Source: Cypionkella sp.
Lineage (GTDB): Bacteria; Pseudomonadota; Alphaproteobacteria; Rhodobacterales; Rhodobacteraceae
Length of the DNA stretch: 34,553 bases
Assembly (NCBI GenBank): GCA_044231405.1
Contig: JBIHZO010000001.1
Location: forward strand, 1 to 34,553
Direction of reading: 5' to 3'
The position numbers were made by a program, and so were the translations under genes. Each line of letters starts with the position of its first letter. The stretch's first letter is position 1. Shown here one piece after another: positions 7,840-16,979 of this stretch. Below the pieces are notes generated by a model. It was not told the origin of the DNA. It saw only the letters and a list, made by a program, of their open reading frames with translations, and did not search any database.

Positions 7840-8669
7840 CCGTCGGGGTGCAGACAGACAAGGCGCAAGGGTGAAATGTGTTCAGAGCAAAGCGCTTGAA
7901 AACCATACGCCGCCAGGGGTCCGGACAGCACCAACCGGTCACGCTTGCCATCAAACCGCGTGACCACCCTTTGATCGGCGGCGGTGATGGTTTGAACGCG
8001 ACCATTGCGCGGCAGCACCGGGGTCTTACGGTTGACCAGATGGCTGCGCGCAAAGGGTTGGCGGGCCAGCCGCATGGTCTGGTGCAGCCCGATCTGCCGC
8101 ATCAGCCCCCAGATCGCACTCAGATCAGACAGAGGTTTGACGGACACCTCGCCTGTCGCCAAAGCCAGGCCCTGTGCATCGTGGAAAGCAAAAGCCAGCC
8201 GCTTGCCCAGCGCAACCTTGCCCGAGGCCAGCGCCGCGTCCAACCCCAGACACTCGGTCTTGTAGGCGACCACGGGGGCGGTGTCGTTCCACAGGTTCAG
8301 GCTGAACAGCGCCCGGTCGGTGCGGCTGGCCAGCGCCGCCAGCATCGCGGTAGGATCGTCGGACACGCGCGTGTCAGAGCGTGGCGCGCACAGAGCGACA
8401 GCCTGCAATTCCAGATGCGGGCCAAGGCTGGCATCGGTGAAGCTGCAGACAAACAGGCCCATGACGGCGCGGCCCGAACGGGTCAGAACCGGGAACACAT
8501 CCTGCCCGGCAAAGGCTGCCGCGACGGTATCGGCCCGCGCATGCCCGCAGATCAACAGCCCGTGTCCGTCGTAGACATGGTAGGGGCTGGGCAAATTGCC
8601 CGCCGAAACCGCAACCGTCCGGGTGATCGGAAACGCCCGGAACAGCGGATGCGCATGCCCCTCAAGCAT
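7836..8669 (-). CDS. Acetoacetate-decarboxylase-like fold protein, function unknown
   Basis: GRAVMGLFVCSFTDASLGPHLEL resembles the ADC-like superfamily G-P-Y/H-x-E segment. Start and stop overlap both ftsY and EamA. Confidence 0.55.
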   Translation of the reverse strand: MLEGHAHPLFRAFPITRTVAVSAGNLPSPYHVYDGHGLLICGHARADTVAAAFAGQDVFPVLTRSGRAVMGLFVCSFTDASLGPHLELQAVALCAPRSDTRVSDDPTAMLAALASRTDRALFSLNLWNDTAPVVAYKTECLGLDAALASGKVALGKRLAFAFHDAQGLALATGEVSVKPLSDLSAIWGLMRQIGLHQTMRLARQPFARSHLVNRKTPVLPRNGRVQTITAADQRVVTRFDGKRDRLVLSGPLAAYGFQALCSEHISPLRLVCLHPDG

Positions 8670-9652
8670 CAGGTTGCGATGCCCACCAGCGCCTTGGCAA
8701 ACTCTTCGGGATCAAACGGCGCCAGATCGTCGATCTGCTCGCCCACGCCAATCGCATGGATCGGCAGGCCAAACTTGTCGGCCAAAGCCACCAACACGCC
8801 GCCCTTGGCAGTGCCGTCCAGCTTGGTCATCACAAGGCCCGACACATCGGCGATCTTGCGGAAGATCTCGACCTGATTGATGGCGTTCTGCCCGGTGGTG
8901 GCGTCCAGCACCAGCAGCGTGTTGTGGGGAGCAGTTGGGTCCACCTTGCGGATCACGCGGACGATCTTGGACAATTCCTCCATCAAATCCTGACGGTTCT
9001 GCAACCGCCCCGCGGTGTCGATCATCAGCAAATCCGCCCCATCTGCCCGCGCCTTTGTCAGCGCGTCAAAGGCCAGAGAGGCGGGATCGGACCCTTCGGG
9101 CGCGGTCAGCACCGGCACCCCGGCGCGGGTGCCCCAGACCTGCAACTGCTCCACCGCCGCCGCGCGAAAGGTGTCGCCCGCCGCGATCACCACCGATTTG
9201 CCCGCCGCCTTGAACTGCGACGCCAGCTTGCCGATGGTTGTGGTCTTGCCCGACCCATTGACACCCACCACCAAAACCACCTGCGGTTTTTGCGAATACA
9301 GGGGCAAAGGCCGCGCCACCGGAGTCATGATCCGGGCGATCTCATCCGCCAAGGCTTCACGCAATTCGTCCGTCGACACCCGCTTGCCAAACCGCCCCTC
9401 GGCAATGTTGGCCGTCACCCGTGTGGCGGTTTCCACGCCCATATCGGCGCTGATCAGCACCTCTTCCAGGCTTTCCAGCATCGCATCGTCCAGCACCCGG
9501 CGCGATTCATCCGCCCGGCCCAGCAAACGCCCGATCAGCCCCGGCTTTTCCGGTTCCGCCACTGGCGCGTCAGACACCAAAGCCTCCAACCCCTCACCGA
9601 TCTTGTCGGAAGAGCGGAACATCCGGTCTTTCAGCTTTTTGAAAAAGGACAT
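8669..9652 (-). CDS. ftsY: Signal recognition particle receptor FtsY
   Basis: GVNGSGKTTTIGKLA, DTFRAAAVEQL, DTAGRLQ, TKLDGTAKGG, GVGE. Confidence 0.98.
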   Translation of the reverse strand: MSFFKKLKDRMFRSSDKIGEGLEALVSDAPVAEPEKPGLIGRLLGRADESRRVLDDAMLESLEEVLISADMGVETATRVTANIAEGRFGKRVSTDELREALADEIARIMTPVARPLPLYSQKPQVVLVVGVNGSGKTTTIGKLASQFKAAGKSVVIAAGDTFRAAAVEQLQVWGTRAGVPVLTAPEGSDPASLAFDALTKARADGADLLMIDTAGRLQNRQDLMEELSKIVRVIRKVDPTAPHNTLLVLDATTGQNAINQVEIFRKIADVSGLVMTKLDGTAKGGVLVALADKFGLPIHAIGVGEQIDDLAPFDPEEFAKALVGIAT

Positions 9653-9710
9653 GGGGGCCTCGATGCTTGGGTCCCCCTCAGTTAGCCAGTTTGGCCGGGG
9701 TTTGAAAGGG

Positions 9711-10370
9711 TCACCCCCCCCAATAGGCCAGACTTCCCAACAAGATCAGCGCCTGCCCCAAGGCGGAGGCTGGCCAAAGCACCAAAGACAGCGCCTTTTG
9801 CCGGGTCACATCGGTGACAACGAACAGCCGCAGCGCCAGCAACAGGTCCGACACCACAAACAGCGCCACGCCGCACCAGATCACCCCAGCACCGGCTTGC
9901 AGAAAAACCGTGACCGCAGCCATGACGCCAATCATTGCGACATAGCCCCGAACGGGCCAGCGCAACGCCCCGGTGCGCGGGGCCAGCCACGCCTCGGTGG
10001 ACAACAGCAGCACCAGCAGGCCCAGCAATGCAACGATGCGCCAAGCCTCCAACCCGCCAGCATCCACAGCCGCCCAAAACGCCACCGCAAAGGCCAGATG
10101 CCCCAAGGCAAACGCCGCCATGCCGGCCAGAAATGCAGGCTGCCCCCGCCGCGACAGCGCGAAATCCCCCAGCGCCCCCAGAAACAGACCCAGCGCAATC
10201 AGCCACAGCCCCGACAGCCCCGCAATCACCGCCAATGGGGCCACCGCCCCCGCCTTGGCCACCGACCCGGCCATTGGCACATCGTCCCGATGTGACCACA
10301 GCACCCAATAGCCCACAAACGCCGTGACCGACAAAAGGCCCATCAGGCTGCTGATTTCCGAAACGCTCAT
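9711..10370 (-). CDS. YhhN / lysoplasmalogenase (TMEM86) family membrane protein
   Basis: GALGDFAL, FLAGMAAFALGH, LFVVSDLLLA, GQALI motifs. Start inferred at MSVSE. Confidence 0.85.
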   Translation of the reverse strand: MSVSEISSLMGLLSVTAFVGYWVLWSHRDDVPMAGSVAKAGAVAPLAVIAGLSGLWLIALGLFLGALGDFALSRRGQPAFLAGMAAFALGHLAFAVAFWAAVDAGGLEAWRIVALLGLLVLLLSTEAWLAPRTGALRWPVRGYVAMIGVMAAVTVFLQAGAGVIWCGVALFVVSDLLLALRLFVVTDVTRQKALSLVLWPASALGQALILLGSLAYWGG

Positions 10371-10421
10371 CTGCAGCTCCTTGGCACTGGCGTGGCCAAC
10401 TTCCCATGCTATCTTGCGCCA

Positions 10422-11486
10422 ATGCAAGAGACGTCCGCCCCCCTGCCGATGGCGCTGTTCGCGCTGGCCTCGATCACGCCCTTGGTGCTGTTCGGTATGG
10501 GCATTTTCTGGGGTGGCGCTTGGGTGCTGGCAGGGCTGGTTTATATGACGGTACTGGCCGCCGTTCTGGACCAGATTGCGGCGCTTTCCATGGGCGACGC
10601 GCCCGAGGGGGCCGAATTTCCCGCAGCCGATGCTTTGCTGGTGGTGCTGGCAACGGGGGCGATTGCGCTGATGCCGCTGTCGGTTTGGGCGATGGCCGGG
10701 GACTCCGGGCTATCGGGGGCCGCGCGGTTCGCGGTGTTTCTGGGCGCAGGCCTTTGGATGGGCCAAGTCGCCAACCCCACCGCGCATGAGCTGATCCACC
10801 GCCCGGGCCGCGGCCTGTTCCGGCTTGGCGCGCTGGTCTATTCGGTGATGCTGTTTGGCCACCACAGCTCGGCGCATCGGCTTGTGCACCATCGCCATGC
10901 CGCAAGTGCTTCCGACCCCAATTCGGCGCGGTCTGGTGAGGGCTATTACGCCTTCCTGATCCGCGCCTGGATTGGCAGCTTCCGGCAAGGCTTGCGGGCG
11001 GAGGCCGACCTGCGGGCCAAGGCCGCGCGTCCCGGCCTGCACCCCTATGTCGCCTATATCGGCATCGCTACGCTGTGCCTGATCGCGGGCCATCTGATCG
11101 CCGGGCCATGGGGCGCGCTGGCTTGGGTCGCCCTGGCCTTCCATGCGCAAAGCCAGTTGATGCTGTCCGATTATGTCCAGCATTACGGCCTGACCCGCGC
11201 CCAGCGGCCCGATGGCCGGCTGGAGCCGGTGGGCGCCCGCCACAGCTGGAACGCGCCGCACTGGTTCTCGTCCGCCTTCATGCTGAACGCGCCGCGCCAT
11301 TCCGACCATCACGCCCATCCCGCGCGCCCCTATCCTGCCCTGCGCCTGCCCCCGGCAGATCAGGTCCCACACCTGCCTTGGCCGCTGCCAATGGCCTGCA
11401 TGATCGCGCTGGTCCCGCCCCTGTGGAAGCGCGCCATCCGTCCGCACCTGAACCGCTGGCGCAACCTTGCCGATCCGCAAACCTGA
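10422..11486 (+). CDS. AlkB-like membrane di-iron monooxygenase / desaturase-superfamily protein
   Basis: His boxes HELIH, HSSAHRLVHH, DYVQHYG and RHSDHHA, plus DPNSAR, HSWN and P.LP segments. Start is 10422 or 10449. Confidence 0.88.
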   Translation: MQETSAPLPMALFALASITPLVLFGMGIFWGGAWVLAGLVYMTVLAAVLDQIAALSMGDAPEGAEFPAADALLVVLATGAIALMPLSVWAMAGDSGLSGAARFAVFLGAGLWMGQVANPTAHELIHRPGRGLFRLGALVYSVMLFGHHSSAHRLVHHRHAASASDPNSARSGEGYYAFLIRAWIGSFRQGLRAEADLRAKAARPGLHPYVAYIGIATLCLIAGHLIAGPWGALAWVALAFHAQSQLMLSDYVQHYGLTRAQRPDGRLEPVGARHSWNAPHWFSSAFMLNAPRHSDHHAHPARPYPALRLPPADQVPHLPWPLPMACMIALVPPLWKRAIRPHLNRWRNLADPQT

Positions 11487-11540
11487 CACTGGCGGCAACG
11501 CGAGCCTTGCGTCAGGCTGGCTCAAACCCCGGAGTGTCCC

Positions 11541-11933
11541 ATGCGCCTGACCGCCCTCTTGCTTGCCCTGCTGCCGCTGCCTGCGGTGTCTGACACCCTG
11601 ATGACCGCCGCCGAATTTGACGCTTTTGTCACCGGGCGGGTGCTGGATTTCACGCTGGACGGGCAGGTCTGGGGCACCGAACAGTACAAGGCCAACCGCC
11701 GGGTGATGTGGGCCTTCACCGCCGCCGAGTGCAAAGAGGGCATCTGGTACGACCAGGGCGACCAGATCTGCTTTCTGTACGAAGACCCGAATGATCCGCA
11801 ATGCTGGTACTTCTACAAGACCGACAGCGGCGTGTCGGTGCGTTTTGCCGCCGATCCCGAAGGCACTCCGATGTCCACCGTCACCGAAAGCCCCGGGCCT
11901 CTGGGCTGCCCCGGCCCGGATGTGGGCGTGTGA
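11541..11933 (+). CDS. Hypothetical exported protein
   Basis: GGAG RBS, signal peptide MRLTALLLALLPLPAVS, four Cys, C-terminal CPGPDVGV. Confidence 0.8.
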   Translation: MRLTALLLALLPLPAVSDTLMTAAEFDAFVTGRVLDFTLDGQVWGTEQYKANRRVMWAFTAAECKEGIWYDQGDQICFLYEDPNDPQCWYFYKTDSGVSVRFAADPEGTPMSTVTESPGPLGCPGPDVGV

Positions 11934-11945
11934 TTTCACAATCTT

Positions 11946-12101
11946 TCAGGAGGCGCAGAGGATTGGCTTAACACCGAATTCAATATCTATATCAAATTGA
12001 TGCGAACCGATTTTGATCCAGCTGCGGCGCACAGAATTGTCTTTTTCGAACAACTCACCCTCAAAGCCTTGTGAACCCCGAACCAAGACAACAGCCCGCA
12101 T
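11946..12101 (-). other. Possible 51-aa small ORF in an AT-richer spacer
   Basis: ATG at 12101 to TGA at 11946 (MRAVVLVRGSQGFEGELFEKDNSVRRSWIKIGSHQFDIDIEFGVKPILCAS). No strong RBS. Confidence 0.2.
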
Positions 12102-12122
12102 GGCGCTTGGCACCCGCTTTCT

Positions 12123-12155
12123 GACGCCGCCCCGGGCTTGCTTCGGGGCGGCGTC
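12123..12155. terminator. GC-rich hairpin downstream of xseA
   Basis: GACGCCGCCCCG-N9-CGGGGCGGCGTC, a perfect 12-bp stem. Confidence 0.6.
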
Positions 12156-12175
12156 GAAATGGTCTTGCCCCCCGC

Positions 12176-13735
12176 CTAAAACAAACTGCCCTGCGAAGGC
12201 CCGCCGTCCGCCTTGCCTTTGCGCAGGGGCTTTGCCCCCAGCGTCATCCGACCATCGGCGAACTCTGCCTCCAGAACCATCGCCCTTTCGGCCGCCGCCT
12301 TGTTGGTGACCACATGCCCATCGCCCCGGATCACCGCATAGCCGCGCTTCAGCGTCTCGGCATAGCCCAGCGTGGTGCGGGTGCGGTCCAAGGCCTCCAG
12401 CCGCTGCGACAGCGCCGTCAATCGCGCCGCCGGGGCCGCTTGCAACCGCGCATCCAGCGCCAGCAGTTGCACCCGACCCTCATCGGTTTTGCGCGCGCCC
12501 TGCAAGATCAGCCGCGCCAGTGCGGGGGCCAGCCGCGCCGCCAGCGCCGCCGCCCGGTCGGTGGCCCGTTCCACGCGCCGCGCGCGGGCCGCGTCCAGCG
12601 CGCGCATCAGGGCTTGGCTTTGCTCGCGTCGCCGCGCCACCAGACCCAGCAACGCCTCGGACCGCAACCGCGACGCCACGGCACCGAACCCCGCCCGTTT
12701 GCGCGCGGCCGCCATACCAAGCGCGCCGCCCAACCGCTGCACCGATCCGTCAAAGCGCTGGCGCGGACTGGCCAACAGCGCCTCCAACCGGGGCAGCGCG
12801 CGGGCCAGATCGCGCAAACGCTGTCCGCGCAGCCCCAAGCCCTGCGCCACACCCCGGCTTTGCCGTGCAGCCATTGCGTCCAGCGTCGCCAGCAATTCCA
12901 GCCGCACCGGCACCGCAAGTTCCGCCGCAGCCGTCGGTGTCGGCGCACGCAAATCAGACGCGTAATCAATCAAAGTGGTGTCGGTTTCATGCCCCACCGC
13001 CGAGATCAGCGGGATCCGCGACGCCGCCGCCGCCCGCACCACGATCTCTTCGTTGAACCCCCACAGATCCTCCAACGACCCGCCGCCGCGCGCCACGATG
13101 ATCAGATCGGGGCGCGGGATCGGCCCACCCGGTTCAATCGCGTTGAACCCCCGGATCGCCGCCGCCACATCGCCCGCACAGGATTGCCCCTGCACCGCCA
13201 CCGGCCAGATCAGCACATGGCGCGGAAACCGGTCACGCAACCGGTGCAGAATATCGCGGATCACGGCCCCGGAAGGTGAGGTCACAACCCCGATCACCCC
13301 CGGCAGATAGGGGATCATCTTCTTGCGCGCAGGATCGAACAGCCCCTCCGCCCCCAGCGCCGCCTTGCGCTTTTCCAGCATCGCCATCAACGCGCCGGCC
13401 CCCGCCGGGGCGACGTCCTCGACGATCATCTGATACTTCGATTGCCCCGGAAAGGTGGTCAGCCGCCCGGTGGCGATAACTTCCATCCCCTCTTCGGGGC
13501 GCACCTGCATCTTGGCAACCTGGCCCTTCCAAGACACCGCATCCAAACTGGCGCGGTCGTCCTTCAGCGCGAAATACAGATGACCCGAGGCCGGGCGCGA
13601 CACCCGCCCCACCTCACCGCGCACCCGCACAAGGCCAAATTCGCCCTCAATCACCTTCTTGACCGCCCCGGACAGCTCCGAGACGGTGAATTCCGGGGAA
13701 TTGGAAGGCGCGGGGGTGTCGTCGAACATATCCAT
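12176..13735 (-). CDS. xseA: Exodeoxyribonuclease VII large subunit
   Basis: TVSELS, SGHLYF, GVVTSPSGAVIRD, ARGGGSLEDLW.FNEE, SAVGHETD, APTPTAAAE, LKRGYA. Start MDMFDD. Confidence 0.96.
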   Translation of the reverse strand: MDMFDDTPAPSNSPEFTVSELSGAVKKVIEGEFGLVRVRGEVGRVSRPASGHLYFALKDDRASLDAVSWKGQVAKMQVRPEEGMEVIATGRLTTFPGQSKYQMIVEDVAPAGAGALMAMLEKRKAALGAEGLFDPARKKMIPYLPGVIGVVTSPSGAVIRDILHRLRDRFPRHVLIWPVAVQGQSCAGDVAAAIRGFNAIEPGGPIPRPDLIIVARGGGSLEDLWGFNEEIVVRAAAASRIPLISAVGHETDTTLIDYASDLRAPTPTAAAELAVPVRLELLATLDAMAARQSRGVAQGLGLRGQRLRDLARALPRLEALLASPRQRFDGSVQRLGGALGMAAARKRAGFGAVASRLRSEALLGLVARRREQSQALMRALDAARARRVERATDRAAALAARLAPALARLILQGARKTDEGRVQLLALDARLQAAPAARLTALSQRLEALDRTRTTLGYAETLKRGYAVIRGDGHVVTNKAAAERAMVLEAEFADGRMTLGAKPLRKGKADGGPSQGSLF

Positions 13736-13873
13736 CTTGGGACTTTGCCATGAACTTGGCCAGCAGCGCAACGCCACCCGACAAGGATCTGCGCGCGGCC
13801 GGTCCCCGCAACGGCGGGCGGAACCAGTCACCCTTCGTCCAGACCTGCCCCGCATACCGCGCTTTGCGGGTGC

Positions 13874-14110
13874 ATGTTCGCGATCGCAGTGCTCAGACCA
13901 TCTGCGGCAATCCTGTTTGCCATCGGGTTCCCCCTGTCCGCGCGGGCTAAAACCTGCAATCCGGATGACACGGGCGGTTGTGTCCCTGTGGCATCGGATG
14001 TCGACTGCGGCAAAGGCAGCGGCAACGGTCCAGCCGATGTGGAGGGTCCAGTCCATGTGCTGGGCGAAGATAGTTGCGCACTTGATCAAGACCGCGACGG
14101 CCTGCCCGCG
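13874..14110 (+). pseudogene. Degenerate secreted excalibur-like Ca-binding domain ORF
   Basis: Signal-like N-terminus, then [49 protein letters not shown]. Lacks the terminal C-E and has no stop codon. Confidence 0.55.
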
Positions 14111-14140
14111 CCAAGCACGCTGCCAAACCGGCCTACCGAC

Positions 14141-14169
14141 TTGCGCCGCGCCCCCCCCGAGCCTATGAG
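14141..14169 (+). promoter_or_regulatory. Putative sigma70 promoter of purD
   Basis: TTGCGC-N17-TATGAG. Confidence 0.5.
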
Positions 14170-14200
14170 GCCCTCAACCAAAGGCCAAGCGGGGTGCGTC

Positions 14201-15463
14201 ATGAATATCCTTATTCTCGGATCTGGCGGGCGCGAACACGCGCTGGCTTGGGCGGTCAAGCAGAACCCCAAGACCGACCGGCTGATCGTGGCGCCGGGCA
14301 ATGCGGGCATTGCGATGCTGGCCGAATGCGCAGATTTCGACATTCTGGACGGGGCCGCGGTGGTGGCGTTCTGCGAAGAAAACGCCATTGATTTCGTGAT
14401 CATCGGGCCAGAGGCGCCCTTGGCCGCTGGCGTGGCCGATGCCACCCGCGCCGCTGGCTTGCTGACCTTCGGGCCAAGCGCTGCCGCTGCACAACTGGAG
14501 GCATCCAAGGGCTTCACCAAGGAAATCTGCGACGCCTGCAACGCCCCCACTGCCGCCTATGCCCGCTTTGACGCGGCCGACCCCGCCAAGGATTACATTC
14601 GGCGCATGGGCGCGCCGATCGTGGTCAAGGCCGATGGTCTGGCCGCAGGCAAAGGCGTGATCGTGGCCATGACACAGGCCGAGGCGCTGGCGGCCATCGA
14701 CGACATGTTCGGCGGCGAATTCGGTGCTGCGGGCGCAGAAGTGGTGATTGAAGAGTTCATGACCGGCGAAGAGGCCTCGTTCTTCATCCTGACCGATGGT
14801 GTGAACGCCCTGCCCATCGGCACCGCGCAGGATCACAAGCGGGTCGGTGACGGCGACACCGGACCGAACACCGGCGGCATGGGAGCCTATTCCCCGGCCC
14901 CGGTGCTGACCGATGCCATCGCGCGGCGCGCGATGGATGAAATCGTGCTGCCGACGATCCGCGAAATGGCGCGGCGCGGCACCCCTTATCAGGGCGTGCT
15001 GTTTGCCGGTCTGATGATCGAGAACGGTCAGGCCCGGCTGGTCGAATACAACGCCCGCTTTGGCGATCCTGAAACCCAGGTGCTGATGATGCGTCTTGGC
15101 GCGCAGGCGCTGGACCTGCTGCTGGCCTGCGCCGAGGGGCGGCTGGACCGCGCCCGGGTGAATTGGGCCGATGACCACGCGCTGACGGTGGTGATGGCGG
15201 CCAAGGGCTATCCGGGGGCCTATGCGAAAGGCTCCGAAATCCGGGGCCTGAGCCGGATGCCCGAAGACAGCCGCCATATGGTCTTTCACGCAGGCACCGC
15301 CGAGCGGGATGGCATGATCGTGGCCAACGGTGGCCGGGTTCTGAACATCACCGCGCGCGGCGACACTTTGGCAGATGCGCGCAACCGCGCCTATGCGATG
15401 ATTGATCACTTGAACTGGCCCGAAGGCTTTTGCCGCAGCGACATCGGCTGGCGGGCGCTCTAG
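14201..15463 (+). CDS. purD: Phosphoribosylamine-glycine ligase
   Basis: [65 protein letters not shown]. Confidence 0.98.
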   Translation: MNILILGSGGREHALAWAVKQNPKTDRLIVAPGNAGIAMLAECADFDILDGAAVVAFCEENAIDFVIIGPEAPLAAGVADATRAAGLLTFGPSAAAAQLEASKGFTKEICDACNAPTAAYARFDAADPAKDYIRRMGAPIVVKADGLAAGKGVIVAMTQAEALAAIDDMFGGEFGAAGAEVVIEEFMTGEEASFFILTDGVNALPIGTAQDHKRVGDGDTGPNTGGMGAYSPAPVLTDAIARRAMDEIVLPTIREMARRGTPYQGVLFAGLMIENGQARLVEYNARFGDPETQVLMMRLGAQALDLLLACAEGRLDRARVNWADDHALTVVMAAKGYPGAYAKGSEIRGLSRMPEDSRHMVFHAGTAERDGMIVANGGRVLNITARGDTLADARNRAYAMIDHLNWPEGFCRSDIGWRAL

Positions 15464-15495
15464 CCGCTGCTCGCTCCTCGCGGGCGCTCTGCGCT

Positions 15496-15580
15496 TTCAT
15501 CCTGGTCCAAGTATCCCCGCCGGAGGCTCTTGCGGTCTGTGCCGGAAGCCTCCGGCGGGGATATTTCAAAGACAGATGAA
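15496..15580. repeat. Inverted doublet of a related intergenic repeat (REPIN/MITE-like)
   Basis: TTCATCCTGGTCCAAGTATCCCCGCCGGAGGC...GCCTCCGGCGGGGATATTTCAAAGACAGATGAA. Shares the GGGRTATTT..GACAGATGAA tail with the other copies. Confidence 0.8.
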
Positions 15581-15594
15581 GCCAAGGCCCCCCC

Positions 15595-15623
15595 TTGCAC
15601 CCCCTGCCCCGCCCGCATAAAGA
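15595..15623 (+). promoter_or_regulatory. Putative sigma70 promoter of lysC
   Basis: TTGCAC-N17-TAAAGA. Confidence 0.5.
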
Positions 15624-15658
15624 CACCGCGAAGAATTGCCCTTGGCAGAGGATGACCC

Positions 15659-16915
15659 ATGCCGCTTCTTGTGATGAAATTCGGCGGTACCTCGGTCGCC
15701 GACCTTGCGCGCATCGAGAATGCCGCGAAAAAGGTGCAGGCCGAGGTGGCGCGCGGCTATGACGTGATCGTCATCGTCTCGGCGATGTCGGGCGAAACCA
15801 ACAAGCTGGTGGGCTTTGTCGAAGGCACCTCCAAGCTGTATGATGCCCGCGAATATGACGCGATCGTCTCCAGCGGTGAGAATGTGACGGCGGGCCTGCT
15901 GGCCTTGCGCCTGCAGGAAATGGATATTGCGGCGCGCAGCTGGCAAGGCTGGCAAGTGCCGATCAACACGACTTCGGCGCATTCCAACGCGCGCTTTGTG
16001 TCGATCCCGCGCGAGAACATCGACGCCAAGTTTGCCGAAGGTTTCAAGGTCGCCGTGGTCGCAGGGTTTCAGGGCGTGTCCGCCGAGGGCCGCATCACCA
16101 CTTTGGGGCGCGGAGGGTCAGACACCACCGCCGTCGCCTTTGCCGCCGCCTTCGGGGCAGAGCGTTGCGATATCTACACGGATGTCGATGGCGTCTACAC
16201 CACCGATCCGCGCATCACCAAGAAGGCGCGCAAGCTGGACAAGATTGCGTTCGAGGAAATGCTGGAACTGGCGTCGCTGGGCGCAAAAGTGCTGCAAACC
16301 CGCTCGGTCGAGCTGGCGATGCGCTACAAGGTGCGCCTCAGGGTGCTGTCCTCCTTCGAGGATACCGATGAGACTTCAGGAACGCTGGTCTGCGACGAGG
16401 ATGAAATCATGGAATCGAAAGTTGTGTCAGGCGTGGCTTACTCCCGCGATGAGGCCAAGGTGACGCTGGTGCGGGTTGAGGATCGCCCCGGCATTGCCGC
16501 GGCGATCTTTGGGCCTTTGGCCGAAGCGGGCGTCAACGTCGATATGATCGTGCAGAATATCTCCGAGGTTGAGGCTGGCAGTGCCAAGGGTGCCACCACC
16601 GACATGACCTTCTCTTGCCCGACCAATCAGGTCGCCCGCGCCCAAAAGGCGATGGAAGACGCCGTGGCGGCTGGCACGATCAGCTATGACGGCATCGTCG
16701 TGGACAGCGATGTCGCCAAGATTTCCGTGGTGGGGATCGGGATGCGCAGCCATGCGGGCGTTGCGGCCACCATGTTCAGCGCCCTGTCGCAAGAGAACGT
16801 CAACATCAAGGTGATCTCCACCTCAGAGATCAAGATCTCGGTGCTGATTGACCGCAAATACATGGAACTGGCCGTGCAGGCGCTGCATGATGCCTTCGGG
16901 TTGGACAAGGCGTAA
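15659..16915 (+). CDS. lysC: Aspartate kinase
   Basis: VMKFGGTSV, VSAM, TTLGRGGSDTTA, IYTDVDG, two ACT domains, STSEIKIS. Confidence 0.97.
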   Translation: MPLLVMKFGGTSVADLARIENAAKKVQAEVARGYDVIVIVSAMSGETNKLVGFVEGTSKLYDAREYDAIVSSGENVTAGLLALRLQEMDIAARSWQGWQVPINTTSAHSNARFVSIPRENIDAKFAEGFKVAVVAGFQGVSAEGRITTLGRGGSDTTAVAFAAAFGAERCDIYTDVDGVYTTDPRITKKARKLDKIAFEEMLELASLGAKVLQTRSVELAMRYKVRLRVLSSFEDTDETSGTLVCDEDEIMESKVVSGVAYSRDEAKVTLVRVEDRPGIAAAIFGPLAEAGVNVDMIVQNISEVEAGSAKGATTDMTFSCPTNQVARAQKAMEDAVAAGTISYDGIVVDSDVAKISVVGIGMRSHAGVAATMFSALSQENVNIKVISTSEIKISVLIDRKYMELAVQALHDAFGLDKA

Positions 16916-16940
16916 GAGCGGCTTTCTGAACGCTGGGGGA

Positions 16941-16973
16941 GGCCGGGGCGCATCGGCAAGCCTTGCCCCGGCC
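16941..16973. terminator. Hairpin between convergent lysC and L,D-transpeptidase genes
   Basis: GGCCGGGGC...GCCCCGGCC inverted repeat. Confidence 0.5.
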
Positions 16974-16979
16974 CGACGG

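Noticed and set aside
8669-9652. Short FtsY lacking a long acidic N-domain
   Set aside because: A-domain length is highly variable among FtsY proteins, and the NG domain is intact.
13736-14089. N-terminal extension of XseA in the ORF track
   Set aside because: It is antisense to the excalibur-like remnant and not protein-like. XseA similarity begins at MDMFDD.
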